IMG/VR virus record: IMGVR_UViG_3300009082_000024
Location: 1-51,309 of that record
Direction: 5' to 3' (one strand)
DNA length: 51,309 nt
Source: a virus
Taxonomy: Duplodnaviria > Caudoviricetes
The notes below the pieces were generated by a model. It was given only the letters and a program-made list of their open reading frames with translations, was not told the origin of the DNA and searched no databases. Numbering within the stretch: position 1 is the stretch's first letter; each line of letters starts with the position of its first letter. A program made the translations under genes and the position numbers. Below, in pieces: positions 1 through 9,777 of this stretch.

Positions 1-40
1 CACCCGTGATAGATATTTCCCCCGATTTTGCTTTTAACTC

Positions 41-69
41 TTGACACCGCGGCAGATTAGTGCTATATG
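41..69 (+). promoter_or_regulatory. sigma70-like promoter upstream of terS
   Basis: TTGACA (41-46), 17-nt spacer, TATATG (64-69) preceded by TG at 61-62 (extended -10). Confidence 0.55.
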
Positions 70-125
70 TAAGTCAAGCGAATTAAACTTGGTTAATTTT
101 TTATTTTTGGCCATTTTATTCGCTT

Positions 126-734
126 ATGAGACAAAAGTTAGAAGTTCTCCCAGAGAAATATCGTAAAGCTTTACAGCTTATAGAGGCGGGTAACCATTCG
201 TATAGAGAAGTGGCCCGCCTTTGTGGTATAGGGGAAGCTTCTTTTTACGATCTCGTTGAGGGAAAAGCCAAGAATAACGATAGAGTACAAGAGCTTTTCT
301 CGAAAGAACTCACCGAAATATCCCGCCGCCTCGATAAAGAAATCCGCGATCTAGTCAAAAACAACAAAAAATCCACGCAATATCTCATCAACAACTGGCT
401 TGCTGACCAGAAGCATAAGAAAAAAGTTGACACAAAGATGATGTCAACGCTAGTCAGCGTTGCCAACGCTCTGTCTAAATCAACGCCCAACGTAGAAATA
501 GGCAGCTTTACGTATCAAAAAGGCTTGAGTCCAGAGGATATTTATGCAGAATTTAAACGACTTAGCGGACTTGCATCTCAGCGAAAGCCAGTTTCAGGCT
601 CTGCCCCGCGAAGAACAAGAGAAATACTTATGGCTTCTCGACCAGGAATTGCAGCTGAGGAAGAGCCAAAAGATTCTCTTTTACGAGCCGAACCCGAAAC
701 TGAAGAGCTTTCACCTGAGCGCGAGCCAGATTAG
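126..734 (+). CDS. terS: terminase small subunit (N-terminal HTH)
   Basis: HTH-like SYREVARLCGIGEASFYDLV; directly upstream of and overlapping terL. Confidence 0.65.
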   Translation: MRQKLEVLPEKYRKALQLIEAGNHSYREVARLCGIGEASFYDLVEGKAKNNDRVQELFSKELTEISRRLDKEIRDLVKNNKKSTQYLINNWLADQKHKKKVDTKMMSTLVSVANALSKSTPNVEIGSFTYQKGLSPEDIYAEFKRLSGLASQRKPVSGSAPRRTREILMASRPGIAAEEEPKDSLLRAEPETEELSPEREPD

Positions 735-2067
735 GGCTATTTTCGGCGGTAACAGGTCTGGGAAGACTACTGCTGGCGGCATGGAGTTCCTGTTTCATAT
801 CACAGGAGCCTACCCAGATTGGTATCCCAAGGAGGCCCGCTACGCATATCCGATTAAAGGCAGGATAGTGGCTACTGACTACGGCAAGGGCGTAGGCGAG
901 GTTATCATCCCCTTTCTCGAAGAATGGCTCGATAATAGCCTTATACAGCGAAAACAGCGTAATGCGCTGGGTATCCCGATAAAGTGGTATATGAAGAACG
1001 GTTCAGTTTTCGATATTTTGACGTATGAGCAGGCAGTTGAATCATTCGAGGGCTGGAAAGGTCATGTGGCGTGGTTTGATGAACCGCCTCCGAGAGACAG
1101 ATATATTGCCACGTTACGTGGATTAGTAGACTATAAGGGGAGAGCATGGCTTACACTCACGCCGCTGACCCAGCCCTGGATATATGACGAAATATATACC
1201 TCATCCGACAACAAGAGAATAAGCGTTGTCACTACAGATATCAGAGATAATCCCCATCTTACTGAAGAAGCTATCAGAGATTTTGAAGTAAACCTCACCG
1301 AAGAAGAGAAAGAAGCACGCTTACACGGCCGTTTCCTTCACCTCACTGGGCTTGTTTATAAAGAGTTTGATCCGAACATACACATTTGCGAGGCTGTTAC
1401 TATCAAGCCATCATGGAGCCGTTACATGGCTATAGACCCTCATGAAAGGATGCCCACTGCCGTATTATGGCTGGCCGTTGATAACCACGATAATCATTGG
1501 ATCTATGATGAACTTTGGCTCAAGGATATGGATATCGAGCCGATCGCGCATGCCATCAATGTACAAGAGGGTGACCTGAAGGCAAACATCAGACTTATCG
1601 ACCCCCACAACGACAAAGACCCAGGCACTTTTGCTTCCATGAACATCAGAAAAGAACTGATGAAATATGGAATATATTGCGAAAGAGCTAACAGCGACCC
1701 GCAATTGGGGAAGTCTCGGATACGTTCAGCCTTAAAGCCACGGTATTCCCCTCTTGTAAAGACAGAGATCCCTCAGTTGCGGGTTTCCCGCCACTGTACG
1801 CAGACTATTTATGAGTTCCAGCATTACATCTGGGATAATTACAGGCGTAATAAAGATGAGTACGGCCTTAAAGAACAGGTCAAAAAGAAGAACGATCATT
1901 TTATGGATTGTCTGCGTTATATCTATAATCACGCTCCGCGGTATGTCGTGAGGGAAGAAGATGAAGGTGGAGATGTCCAATATGCTGGAGAATATACGAA
2001 GTATCCAGTGAGCAAACCATCGGCAGGTTCTTATTATACGCTTACTGAAAGAGCAGGTAATTTTTGA
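544..2067 (+). CDS. terL: terminase large subunit
   Basis: Walker A GGNRSGKT, Walker B WFDEPP, motif III LTLTP, nuclease AIDPH and C-terminal NDHFMDCLRY; RBS GAGGA upstream. Confidence 0.95.
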   Translation: MQNLNDLADLHLSESQFQALPREEQEKYLWLLDQELQLRKSQKILFYEPNPKLKSFHLSASQIRAIFGGNRSGKTTAGGMEFLFHITGAYPDWYPKEARYAYPIKGRIVATDYGKGVGEVIIPFLEEWLDNSLIQRKQRNALGIPIKWYMKNGSVFDILTYEQAVESFEGWKGHVAWFDEPPPRDRYIATLRGLVDYKGRAWLTLTPLTQPWIYDEIYTSSDNKRISVVTTDIRDNPHLTEEAIRDFEVNLTEEEKEARLHGRFLHLTGLVYKEFDPNIHICEAVTIKPSWSRYMAIDPHERMPTAVLWLAVDNHDNHWIYDELWLKDMDIEPIAHAINVQEGDLKANIRLIDPHNDKDPGTFASMNIRKELMKYGIYCERANSDPQLGKSRIRSALKPRYSPLVKTEIPQLRVSRHCTQTIYEFQHYIWDNYRRNKDEYGLKEQVKKKNDHFMDCLRYIYNHAPRYVVREEDEGGDVQYAGEYTKYPVSKPSAGSYYTLTERAGNF

Positions 2068-2330
2068 AAGATATTTTATTTGTAATAATAATGTTAGCTC
2101 CTATGGTAGCGGCAGGAGCGTTTAAGATATGGCCTTTATTTTGGGTTCTTTTAATTTTTAATTGTATTTTTGGCGTGATTGAAGTTGTAAGCAAAAAGAT
2201 GACGGGTAAAACTGTCAGCCAATATTTTTGGGAATTTTCTAAACAGCATAAAATTAAAGCTATTATAATGTTGGTGTCAATGGGATTAATGTGGACAGCG
2301 TTATTGATACATCTAGGGGGTAAATTTTGA
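2064..2330 (+). CDS. small multi-pass membrane protein
   Basis: Three hydrophobic stretches; TTG start overlapping terL stop. Confidence 0.6.
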   Translation: MKDILFVIIMLAPMVAAGAFKIWPLFWVLLIFNCIFGVIEVVSKKMTGKTVSQYFWEFSKQHKIKAIIMLVSMGLMWTALLIHLGGKF

Positions 2331-2350
2331 TAAGTTCTCTTGTTGTAGAT

Positions 2351-2488
2351 ATGTTTACTGGATTGGTTACTTTCTTAAAAGCAGTTATAGAGCTTATTGT
2401 TCTTGTAGCTTTAATGATATTATTTTTTTTTGGTATGACGATCGTATATTCATTTTGTTTTTTTAAGAGGAGTGCGACAATCGGTTAA
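2351..2488 (+). CDS. 45-aa hydrophobic peptide (not in ORF track)
   Basis: Read manually: MFTGLVTFLKAVIELIVLVALMILFFFGMTIVYSFCFFKRSATIG; fills the gap to the next ATG at 2490. Confidence 0.45.
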   Translation: MFTGLVTFLKAVIELIVLVALMILFFFGMTIVYSFCFFKRSATIG

Positions 2489-2489
2489 A

Positions 2490-2663
2490 ATGACAGTACA
2501 AGAGATCTATGCACAGTTGATTTCAGAAGGCAAACCGCCGAAAGAAGCGGCTAAGATAGCGCAGGAAAAGACTGGTATGTCAGTGGTCACTGGCAGGCCC
2601 ATCAATAGAGATTTGCCTTATAAGGTCAGATACACTGGCCAGTATGGGGATAGCAATGGATAA
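2490..2663 (+). CDS. hypothetical protein
   Basis: Track ORF 2472-2663; ATG at 2490 preferred. Confidence 0.55.
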   Translation: MTVQEIYAQLISEGKPPKEAAKIAQEKTGMSVVTGRPINRDLPYKVRYTGQYGDSNG

Positions 2664-4422
2664 AAATAAAAAGTGTGTTGATTTCATCACAGAAGAATTC
2701 TTAAGATATGAAAAGGGCTGCAAGGATCGCTTTGATCAATGTAAAGAGATCTATGATTACTGGTGCAATAAACCTTTTAAGCGCGATTGGGATTGGCAAA
2801 ATGCTGTCCATGTCCCTGTGACTTTGGAAGGTGAGCAGACAGTAACTCCTAAACTTCATTCAGCGTTGTTCCCTAATGACGCTCCGTTTGAAGTTCTCAC
2901 ATTTGACCCAGCTACTCCTGACCAGGGTATTTCCATCAAGGGATTGATAGAACAGAAGTTCAGGCAGGCTAATGTCACTGTCGAATCGTTGCGGGCTTTG
3001 ACGCAATGTACTTTATTCGGCACTGGATATGTTGATGCTTCGTGGCTAGTAGAAAGAGGTTGGCAGATAGATCCTACTACTGGTGAGCGTTATGAGGCAA
3101 TTACTGCTAATAGGCCAGATTGCAAGACTGTAAGTTTTTTTGAAATATATCCTCACCCAGCAAAGATACACATGAGTGACGGCCTGCCTTTAATACGCAG
3201 GCAGTTTTGTGATGCTGATTATCTCAAGAGGCTCTCTCTTAACCCGCGCTATAATTTTACTAATCTTCAGGAGGCTCTTGATTCTAAGCCGATAGTTTCT
3301 AATACGAGTATTATTCTCGATTCTAACGGCAAGGCGATGGATCTTAAAGATAAAGAAAAATATGAGCTGCTTGCTTACTGGGGGAATTATGAATACGAGA
3401 GTGATAAGCCTAACGCGAAATCTAAAATAATCCCTCATTGGATAATAGTCGTGAATAGGAGTGTGCTTGCAAGAAAGATGCCTAATCCTTACAACCATCA
3501 GCTTCCTCCGCTTTGCAAGTTGACTTTGTTTGATGATCCAAATCCTTCTTGGTTTGGTATAGGCATAGGGACGATAGGAAAACCGACCCAAGAAAGAATA
3601 AACAAAATAGTCAACCAAAGATTGGATAACGTTGATCTTGTTTTGAACAAACAGGGATTTTATAATGGCGGCGATCTTCTTATCAATACAAAAAAACTTC
3701 AGATAAGCAAGCCTGGGCAGTGGCATAAAGTCTCTGATACGAGCACTTCGATACGCTGGATGGATATTCCAGATGTCACCACATCTTCTTACAAAGAAGA
3801 AGAAATAGCGAAGCAGGATTTTAGAGAATCTACTGGTGCCGTGGTGCAGTTGATGCCTACTGAAGAAGGTCAGCATCGCACTGCGATGGGAATAAATCTT
3901 TTGCAGAGCGCAGCAGGAGTAAGATTCAAACCAGTGCTCAAGAAGCTTGAGACTGATTTTATATCCCATATGGCTTACTTGTATCTCTCTATGTTGCAAC
4001 AGTTTATGATAATTCCAGAATGGATCATGATCACGGGAGCTAACGGGACACAACAGCCAGTGCAAGTACGTCCAGAAATAATCCAGGCGAGAGTACAATT
4101 TATTCCTACTGGTGTTTCTGAGACAGTGAATAAAGAATTGCAGATAGGACAATTGTTAAGATATAAAGAGCTGACTGTTAATGATCCGACAGTGAACAGA
4201 GTAGAGATAAACAGAAGGATCGGGGAACTTATGGGCTTTAAGGATATACATAAATTGTTAAGTCCTCCGCAGCCTACTATCGTAAAACCAGGAGGGCTTG
4301 ATCCTATGCAGCAGGACAAGATCAGGCAGCGTTTAGCTGAAGGAGCTACGCCAGACCAGATCAAGTTAGAAATGCTTGGGCCGCCGCCTGCTGAAGAAGC
4401 TATGGCAGGAGGTCAAGGATGA
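2644..4422 (+). CDS. portal protein
   Basis: 592 aa after terL; podovirus portal-like motifs (TLFGTGY, WFGIGIG, QERINKIVNQRLDN, FRESTG, TAMGI). Confidence 0.9.
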   Translation: MGIAMDKNKKCVDFITEEFLRYEKGCKDRFDQCKEIYDYWCNKPFKRDWDWQNAVHVPVTLEGEQTVTPKLHSALFPNDAPFEVLTFDPATPDQGISIKGLIEQKFRQANVTVESLRALTQCTLFGTGYVDASWLVERGWQIDPTTGERYEAITANRPDCKTVSFFEIYPHPAKIHMSDGLPLIRRQFCDADYLKRLSLNPRYNFTNLQEALDSKPIVSNTSIILDSNGKAMDLKDKEKYELLAYWGNYEYESDKPNAKSKIIPHWIIVVNRSVLARKMPNPYNHQLPPLCKLTLFDDPNPSWFGIGIGTIGKPTQERINKIVNQRLDNVDLVLNKQGFYNGGDLLINTKKLQISKPGQWHKVSDTSTSIRWMDIPDVTTSSYKEEEIAKQDFRESTGAVVQLMPTEEGQHRTAMGINLLQSAAGVRFKPVLKKLETDFISHMAYLYLSMLQQFMIIPEWIMITGANGTQQPVQVRPEIIQARVQFIPTGVSETVNKELQIGQLLRYKELTVNDPTVNRVEINRRIGELMGFKDIHKLLSPPQPTIVKPGGLDPMQQDKIRQRLAEGATPDQIKLEMLGPPPAEEAMAGGQG

Positions 4423-4622
4423 TGAATGTTGAACAGGCAAAAGAGATACATTCTTCCGTGTTGTGGGAACGTATATGCGCGGAAGTTGATAATCGAATAA
4501 AGGGACTGGAGCTGCGCTTGAGAAGTTGTGCTGTGAGTGATCTTGAAAAGATACAACTTGAAATACAGCTCTGGGAAAAAGTAAAGAGACTTCCTCTCGA
4601 TGTTATCGAACGGGAGGAATAA
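4419..4622 (+). CDS. small helical protein between portal and scaffold
   Basis: ATGA-coupled to portal; a position typical of podovirus head modules. Confidence 0.7.
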   Translation: MMNVEQAKEIHSSVLWERICAEVDNRIKGLELRLRSCAVSDLEKIQLEIQLWEKVKRLPLDVIEREE

Positions 4623-4692
4623 GGTTCCAGGGAACCTTTAAAAATCCCTGCTCGGTTTCGGGAATGACCGTATCATTCCTGTTAGGAGAAAT

Positions 4693-5484
4693 ATGCCAGA
4701 TCCAAAAACTCCAGCGGAGAATCAACAGCAGGCACCCGCTCCTGCATCGGCGAAAGATCCACAGGCGGCGTCTAAGCCGAACGTTCCAGCCCCTGCGTCG
4801 CAGACACCAGCTGCGCAAACTCCTGGTGCATCGCCAGCCCCAGCGCAAGAGGGGACACAAGTACCCATTTCAGCGTTACATGAGGAGAGGGAAAAACGTC
4901 AGCAGATGCAAGCGCAGTTAGAGGCTTTGAAAAAAGTCATGGCTAACAACATGCTTTTTGATGCTGAAGGAAATCCCGTGATGCAGCAACCAGCTGCTCC
5001 TGCTCCTCAAAACAACTATCAGCAAGAGTTAGAAAAACTCTGGGAAACAGATCCTCGTCGTGCCGTACAGACTGAAATATATGCTGCTATGTCATGGAGA
5101 GATAGGCTTGACGCTAATGTTGAGAGGCAGGCAAATGATGCTTCTGCCAAGTATCCTGATTTTAATTCTATACGTTCTGATGTGATGAACTATATACGAA
5201 CTATGCCTTTAGAACAAAGAGACAAACCTGGAATGGTTGATGCTGCATATTACTTTGTCCGCGGGCAGAGAGTAGATAATATCATCGCTCAGAAACAAAA
5301 AGAATTAGAAGCTGAATATTTAAGAAAATTTCAGGCAGGAGAACTTGCTTCGAATCTTCCAGCAGGGTCTATGTCTACTCCTCCTGCTCCTCAAGGGGCG
5401 ATAGTGCTCACTGAGGATCAGAAAAAAGCAGCGGCAGCTATGAGGGTCACTGAGGCTGAGTACGCTAAATGGATAAAGGTGTAA
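4693..5484 (+). CDS. capsid scaffolding protein
   Basis: Pro/Ala/Gln-rich N-terminus, VPISALHEEREKRQ coiled coil, C-terminal LTEDQKKAAAAMRVTEAEYAKW; RBS AGGAG. Confidence 0.8.
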   Translation: MPDPKTPAENQQQAPAPASAKDPQAASKPNVPAPASQTPAAQTPGASPAPAQEGTQVPISALHEEREKRQQMQAQLEALKKVMANNMLFDAEGNPVMQQPAAPAPQNNYQQELEKLWETDPRRAVQTEIYAAMSWRDRLDANVERQANDASAKYPDFNSIRSDVMNYIRTMPLEQRDKPGMVDAAYYFVRGQRVDNIIAQKQKELEAEYLRKFQAGELASNLPAGSMSTPPAPQGAIVLTEDQKKAAAAMRVTEAEYAKWIKV

Positions 5485-5485
5485 C

Positions 5486-5731
5486 ATGGGAATATTTAAT
5501 AAAAATAATAATCCAGGTGCGTATAGGGGTACTCTAAAGTGCCCTGTTTGCGAGAGTCAGGCAATACGTTATGTTGAAAACGTTACTGCCCATAGACTGC
5601 GGTACCGCTGCCGTAAGTGTGGACTGACTTTTCAGTATGACATATCTGGCACTCTCAATCATCCGTATGCAGCCTTCAAAAAAGCGAAATGGCAGCAGAT
5701 CGTAGAGTCTTCTGCTTATAGGGAGAAATAA
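5486..5731 (+). CDS. Zn-ribbon protein
   Basis: CPVC...CRKC. Confidence 0.65.
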   Translation: MGIFNKNNNPGAYRGTLKCPVCESQAIRYVENVTAHRLRYRCRKCGLTFQYDISGTLNHPYAAFKKAKWQQIVESSAYREK

Positions 5732-5743
5732 AAAAGGAGAATT

Positions 5744-6547
5744 ATGAAGTGGAGTTATGACATTGCAGAATCTGAAATTATCGTGCGCGATGTTCCTGCG
5801 TATGATGCGGCAACAATCGTTCAAGGTGAACTTTTAATGAAAGGTACTACAGACCCCGATTCAGCTAATGATGAAGCTATTAGCTTTGTTACGGCTTATG
5901 ACGCTGTAGCAGCTAATCAGGCTATCGATGCGTTGGGGATTTCTTTAGAGACAGCTACTACGAGCTCATCTCCCAGTATTGCAAGCGCTTATTCAACGAC
6001 CACAGGCCCTTGCTACGTGAAAGCTATTATCAACCCTTCAGCTGTGTACATGGTTGAACAAGCTCTTGATGCCGCTAATGACGTGGCTATTACATCGACA
6101 GCAGGCACGACTCTTACAGTAGCAGCATTGCAAGATGACATCGATGGTTGCTTTGTTTACTTTCCGTTAAGTGCGACTGGGGTTAAAGGTTCATTTAGGC
6201 TGCTTACCGCTTCTGCGGCAGGCTCAGCTACAATGGATTCAGCTTTAACTGTTAATGGTACGGCTGCGGATACAGTAGTATTGATTTCTGCTCCTAACAA
6301 GTACAGCTTGCCTCTTACCGCTGATTCTTTAAAAGTAAGTTCTGGAGACTGCCAAGCGACCTACAATGCAGCAACTAATATTCGTATATTAGAAGCTATG
6401 ATTGACAGGGACGGCGGGATTGAGAATCTTATGCCTAAAGCTCACAACGGTTTGAACAACCTGCATTTGGTAAAGGGTGGGAATGGGCCAAAAATATTCT
6501 ATAAGATCATTCTTAAGGATCATATTTTTGGAACACAAGAGAGTTAA
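5744..6547 (+). CDS. capsid decoration/cement-like structural protein
   Basis: Ala/Thr-rich, immediately before MCP, strong RBS AAGGAG. Confidence 0.6.
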   Translation: MKWSYDIAESEIIVRDVPAYDAATIVQGELLMKGTTDPDSANDEAISFVTAYDAVAANQAIDALGISLETATTSSSPSIASAYSTTTGPCYVKAIINPSAVYMVEQALDAANDVAITSTAGTTLTVAALQDDIDGCFVYFPLSATGVKGSFRLLTASAAGSATMDSALTVNGTAADTVVLISAPNKYSLPLTADSLKVSSGDCQATYNAATNIRILEAMIDRDGGIENLMPKAHNGLNNLHLVKGGNGPKIFYKIILKDHIFGTQES

Positions 6548-6566
6548 TAATTAAAGGAGAACAGCT

Positions 6567-7463
6567 ATGGGTATAGTAACAAGCGAGGGCTTTGGATATT
6601 TACTCGATCCAGGCCTAAGAAAAATTTTTATGGATGAGTATGCATTGCCAGAGGGTCAGGTAGACAATTTGTTCGGCGTTGAAGCGTCAACAAAAGCTAC
6701 TGAGTATGACCTTTCTATCGGTGGTATTGGTGACTTGGAAGAATTCACAGGAACTATTCCTTATGATGATTTCAAGCAGCAATACAGGATCTCTTATACC
6801 CATAAAGAATGGGTGAAGGGTATGAAAGTCGAGAGGAAGCTTGTGGATGATGACCAATATTCAGTTATCAACAAGAGGCCTGCTCAACTTGCTCTAGTGG
6901 CCAAGAGGACTAAAGAGAAACATGGAGCAACAGTGTTCAATAATGCGTTTAACACCACTATTTTTGCTGGTGGAGATGGCTTAGCGCTTTGTGCTGCTGC
7001 CCATACTCGCGTGGGTACTGCTACGGTAGTAGGTAATGCTGGTTCAACCGCGCTTTCTCAAACGGCAGTAGAGGCGACTCGTTTGCTTATGAGACAGTTT
7101 ACGGATGAGACAGACAACCTTCTCACCGCGAAAGGAGACACTCTTATAGTTCCTCCAGCTTTGGAAGAGACAGCGTATGAGATCGTGAACACTATTCAGA
7201 AACTTGATTCAGCAGAGAACAACGTAAACTTCAGCAAAGGAAAATACAGAATAGTCGTTTGGGATTATCTGTCAGACAGCAACAACTGGTTCTTGATGGA
7301 TAGCCGTATGGCTAAGATGTATCTGAAGTGGTTCAATAGGATCCCTACTGAGTTTAACAAAGACAAAGACTTCGAGACATATGTTGCGAAGTGGAGCGTC
7401 TATACTCGGTACTCTTACGGTTTCTCTGACTGGACTTGGATCTACGGTCACAATGTAGCGTAA
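6567..7463 (+). CDS. major capsid protein (Mu gpT-like HK97 fold)
   Basis: LLDPGLRKIF, GGDGLALCAAAH, LIVPPALEETA, YLSDSNNWFL, RYSYGFSDW motifs. Confidence 0.9.
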   Translation: MGIVTSEGFGYLLDPGLRKIFMDEYALPEGQVDNLFGVEASTKATEYDLSIGGIGDLEEFTGTIPYDDFKQQYRISYTHKEWVKGMKVERKLVDDDQYSVINKRPAQLALVAKRTKEKHGATVFNNAFNTTIFAGGDGLALCAAAHTRVGTATVVGNAGSTALSQTAVEATRLLMRQFTDETDNLLTAKGDTLIVPPALEETAYEIVNTIQKLDSAENNVNFSKGKYRIVVWDYLSDSNNWFLMDSRMAKMYLKWFNRIPTEFNKDKDFETYVAKWSVYTRYSYGFSDWTWIYGHNVA

Positions 7464-7472
7464 AAGATTAGT

Positions 7473-7500
7473 GGGGGGGATCCGCGTAGCGGTTCCTCCC
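7473..7500 (+). other. GC-rich hairpin after MCP
   Basis: GGGGGGATCCGC-GTA-GCGGTTCCTCCC; no U-tract, so may stabilise RNA rather than terminate. Confidence 0.45.
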
Positions 7501-7522
7501 TGCTCTCTTAAGGAGGGTGCTA

Positions 7523-7981
7523 ATGGGTTACACAAGATTTTCAAAGGTAGTAGGTCAACAGGGAGTTTATGTTGGAGCAAAGGGTTCAGAGACTTTACTG
7601 GCTGATGCTAGCGGAAATATTTCTGTCGGCGGAACTTCCATAACAGCTGATGCCGCTGAATTAAATTACTTGGATGTTTCTGCTAATACAGAGACTATTG
7701 CTGCTGCGGGTGCTCTTTCGGGCACTGTTGGTTTGTCTCGGTTAGCTCTTGTCGGAGCTGGAGCTGTGACTTTAGCTGCTCCTGCTGCCACTATGACTGG
7801 TAAAATAAAGGTTATTGAAATGACTACCGACAATGGCGATGTTACTTTGTCTCTTGCCAATTGTGCTGGTGGAAGTGCGGTTACAACTTGCACATGGTCT
7901 GCCGTTGGTCAAGCATTAGTCCTTGTGGCTGGCCTGACAAAATGGAACGTGGTCAGTGAGGGTGGAGTCGCTTTAACATAA
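7523..7981 (+). CDS. virion structural protein (head fibre/decoration-like)
   Basis: ITADAAELNYLD motif, Ala/Gly/Thr-rich; RBS AAGGAGG favours ATG 7523. Confidence 0.6.
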   Translation: MGYTRFSKVVGQQGVYVGAKGSETLLADASGNISVGGTSITADAAELNYLDVSANTETIAAAGALSGTVGLSRLALVGAGAVTLAAPAATMTGKIKVIEMTTDNGDVTLSLANCAGGSAVTTCTWSAVGQALVLVAGLTKWNVVSEGGVALT

Positions 7982-8026
7982 GAGCGGGAAAAGGGTGGCT
8001 AAACCTTTCACCCCTTACCGCTTTTT
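7981..8026 (+). terminator. probable intrinsic terminator
   Basis: AGAGCGG..AAGGGTG / CACCCCTT..CCGCTTT followed by T run. Confidence 0.5.
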
Positions 8027-8041
8027 AAAAAGGAGGAAGGT

Positions 8042-8488
8042 ATGGTTCGAGGAAGTGGAAAGATGAAAGAGTTGCTAAGCGCGTCTGAGAAAGAAAATCT
8101 TTTAGACCAGAAGAAGGAGTTACAGGATACCTTGAAGGAAGCTGTCATTTACGGAAAAGGTACTGCTGCCGAGCAGATCAACCAAGCCACGGTGCAAAGG
8201 CAGATAGACAGTATAGACAAGGCTATCGCTGACAGGGAGCCTCCTAAGGTCAAAGGATCTCAGAAGGATGCTTTGGCCTCTGAAGTGGAAGCATTGGAGT
8301 CTGCAATACGCGAAGGTATGCCCACTCGTGATGAGATGAGATACCCTGCTAGGAATCCTGGAGCAGTTCGCAAGCATATGAATTGGTGCACGAAAAATGC
8401 CCAGAACATAGAACGGTATCGTTATCTTCAACGGGTGTTAAATCCTGAAGATCCTCGTTCCATTGAGAACTTAAGAAGGGAGAAGTAA
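8042..8488 (+). CDS. hypothetical helical protein
   Basis: RBS AAGGAGG; coiled-coil character. Confidence 0.7.
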   Translation: MVRGSGKMKELLSASEKENLLDQKKELQDTLKEAVIYGKGTAAEQINQATVQRQIDSIDKAIADREPPKVKGSQKDALASEVEALESAIREGMPTRDEMRYPARNPGAVRKHMNWCTKNAQNIERYRYLQRVLNPEDPRSIENLRREK

Positions 8489-8489
8489 T

Positions 8490-8780
8490 ATGGCTTTAGC
8501 CACAGTAACAAGCAATTCGTTTGGTTTGAGGGCTACTGGCGGAACTGATGCTACAACTATAACTACATTCAGGACAAGAACGTGTGCGTTTATTTTCATT
8601 GCTGGGGCAGCAGCTGACACCTGTGCTATCACTGATGCGAGAGGGAATGCGATTATGACACTCACAAGCCCTGGAGCTGCTGGTGATATACTGGAAGTAG
8701 ATTTACATGGTGTCCCTATAGAAGGCATTGGTATTACGCTTAGTAATGCTGCTGGTGTGCTTATAGTACTGGTTGATTAA
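8490..8780 (+). CDS. small beta-rich virion protein
   Basis: Ala/Thr/Gly-rich, tightly packed in late operon. Confidence 0.6.
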   Translation: MALATVTSNSFGLRATGGTDATTITTFRTRTCAFIFIAGAAADTCAITDARGNAIMTLTSPGAAGDILEVDLHGVPIEGIGITLSNAAGVLIVLVD

Positions 8781-9129
8781 TATGCCAAGTAGAAATATAG
8801 CCGCTGGGAGAACTTGCCCTGATCAGATTTACAAGACACCGACACCTGTCGCGGGTACATGGTCTTATACTCTTTCTTCTGAGTATTCACTATGTCCTCG
8901 TGACAGGTTTCTTAATCAGATACTTGTGAGGTCCACTACGGCCACAACTACCTTTGACGTATTTATTACAGATATGAACGGTGTTTTAGTCAGGCAATTC
9001 CTTGGAGCTACAGGTGTTTCTAACGATATGACACCTACTCGCATTACAAAAGACTGGACTATTACTATTGGGAGTGCGTCTGTTGACGAACCATTTAATG
9101 TGCTGGTAAAAATGTCTGATGAGGGATAA
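8773..9129 (+). CDS. small beta-rich virion protein
   Basis: Thr-rich, overlapping neighbours. Confidence 0.6.
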   Translation: MINMPSRNIAAGRTCPDQIYKTPTPVAGTWSYTLSSEYSLCPRDRFLNQILVRSTTATTTFDVFITDMNGVLVRQFLGATGVSNDMTPTRITKDWTITIGSASVDEPFNVLVKMSDEG

Positions 9130-9530
9130 TGCCATTACCGAATTATATCGAAGGGAGAGTTGCTTCGCTTGCAGATGTTACAGGAAGTGTTTCTATCGAG
9201 CAGGTATTAAGCAATAATGCTGTTCTTTATAGTGGTGAGCAGACATCTGTTTCTGTTGACACTTTGACTACGATAGTTACTGTTCCAGCTAACGGAGTTA
9301 AATATATCACTAAAATAATATGTACTGGAGAAGAAAATGCTCGATGGGATGTTTATATAAATTCTGTTAGAAAGATGACTAAGAGAACAACTGATAGAAA
9401 TGTTGATTTTGATTTTCCAGTTCCTTTGAAGGTCGAAGCTGCGACTGTGATAGATGTAAAAGCTACGCATCATGGGCCTGATGCGTCATCTGATTTCCAA
9501 GCTTGTGTTTTAGGATACCAGGAGGTTTGA
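9129..9530 (+). CDS. small beta-rich virion protein
   Basis: TAATG coupling; ends like neighbouring paralogues (FPVPLKV...ACVLGYQ). Confidence 0.6.
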   Translation: MPLPNYIEGRVASLADVTGSVSIEQVLSNNAVLYSGEQTSVSVDTLTTIVTVPANGVKYITKIICTGEENARWDVYINSVRKMTKRTTDRNVDFDFPVPLKVEAATVIDVKATHHGPDASSDFQACVLGYQEV

Positions 9531-9760
9531 TGAGTGATGTAAATGTACCAGGGACTTGGCTAGTCTCTCCTACTAAGGAGATAGAAGATAAGTGGGTGGA
9601 AGTCCAGATACAAGAAAGAGTTTCCAGGATAGCACGATACAAACAGGATATTGAGGATCTTAAGAAGGGTAAAATATTGGAGTTAGAAGCTAAAATAATG
9701 CTTCTTGAATTAGAGTTACAGGAGATTAAGGCTCGAAGAATTACAGCGGGCGAGCTTTAA
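9530..9760 (+). CDS. coiled-coil hypothetical protein
   Basis: TGATG coupling; start 9530 preferred over track start 9503. Confidence 0.6.
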   Translation: MSDVNVPGTWLVSPTKEIEDKWVEVQIQERVSRIARYKQDIEDLKKGKILELEAKIMLLELELQEIKARRITAGEL

Positions 9761-9777
9761 CTTTATAAGGAGGTCTT

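Noticed and set aside
3190-4152. 320-aa antisense ORF and other long minus-strand ORFs in late genes
   Set aside because: Shadow ORFs of portal and other well-supported genes, with no motifs or RBS
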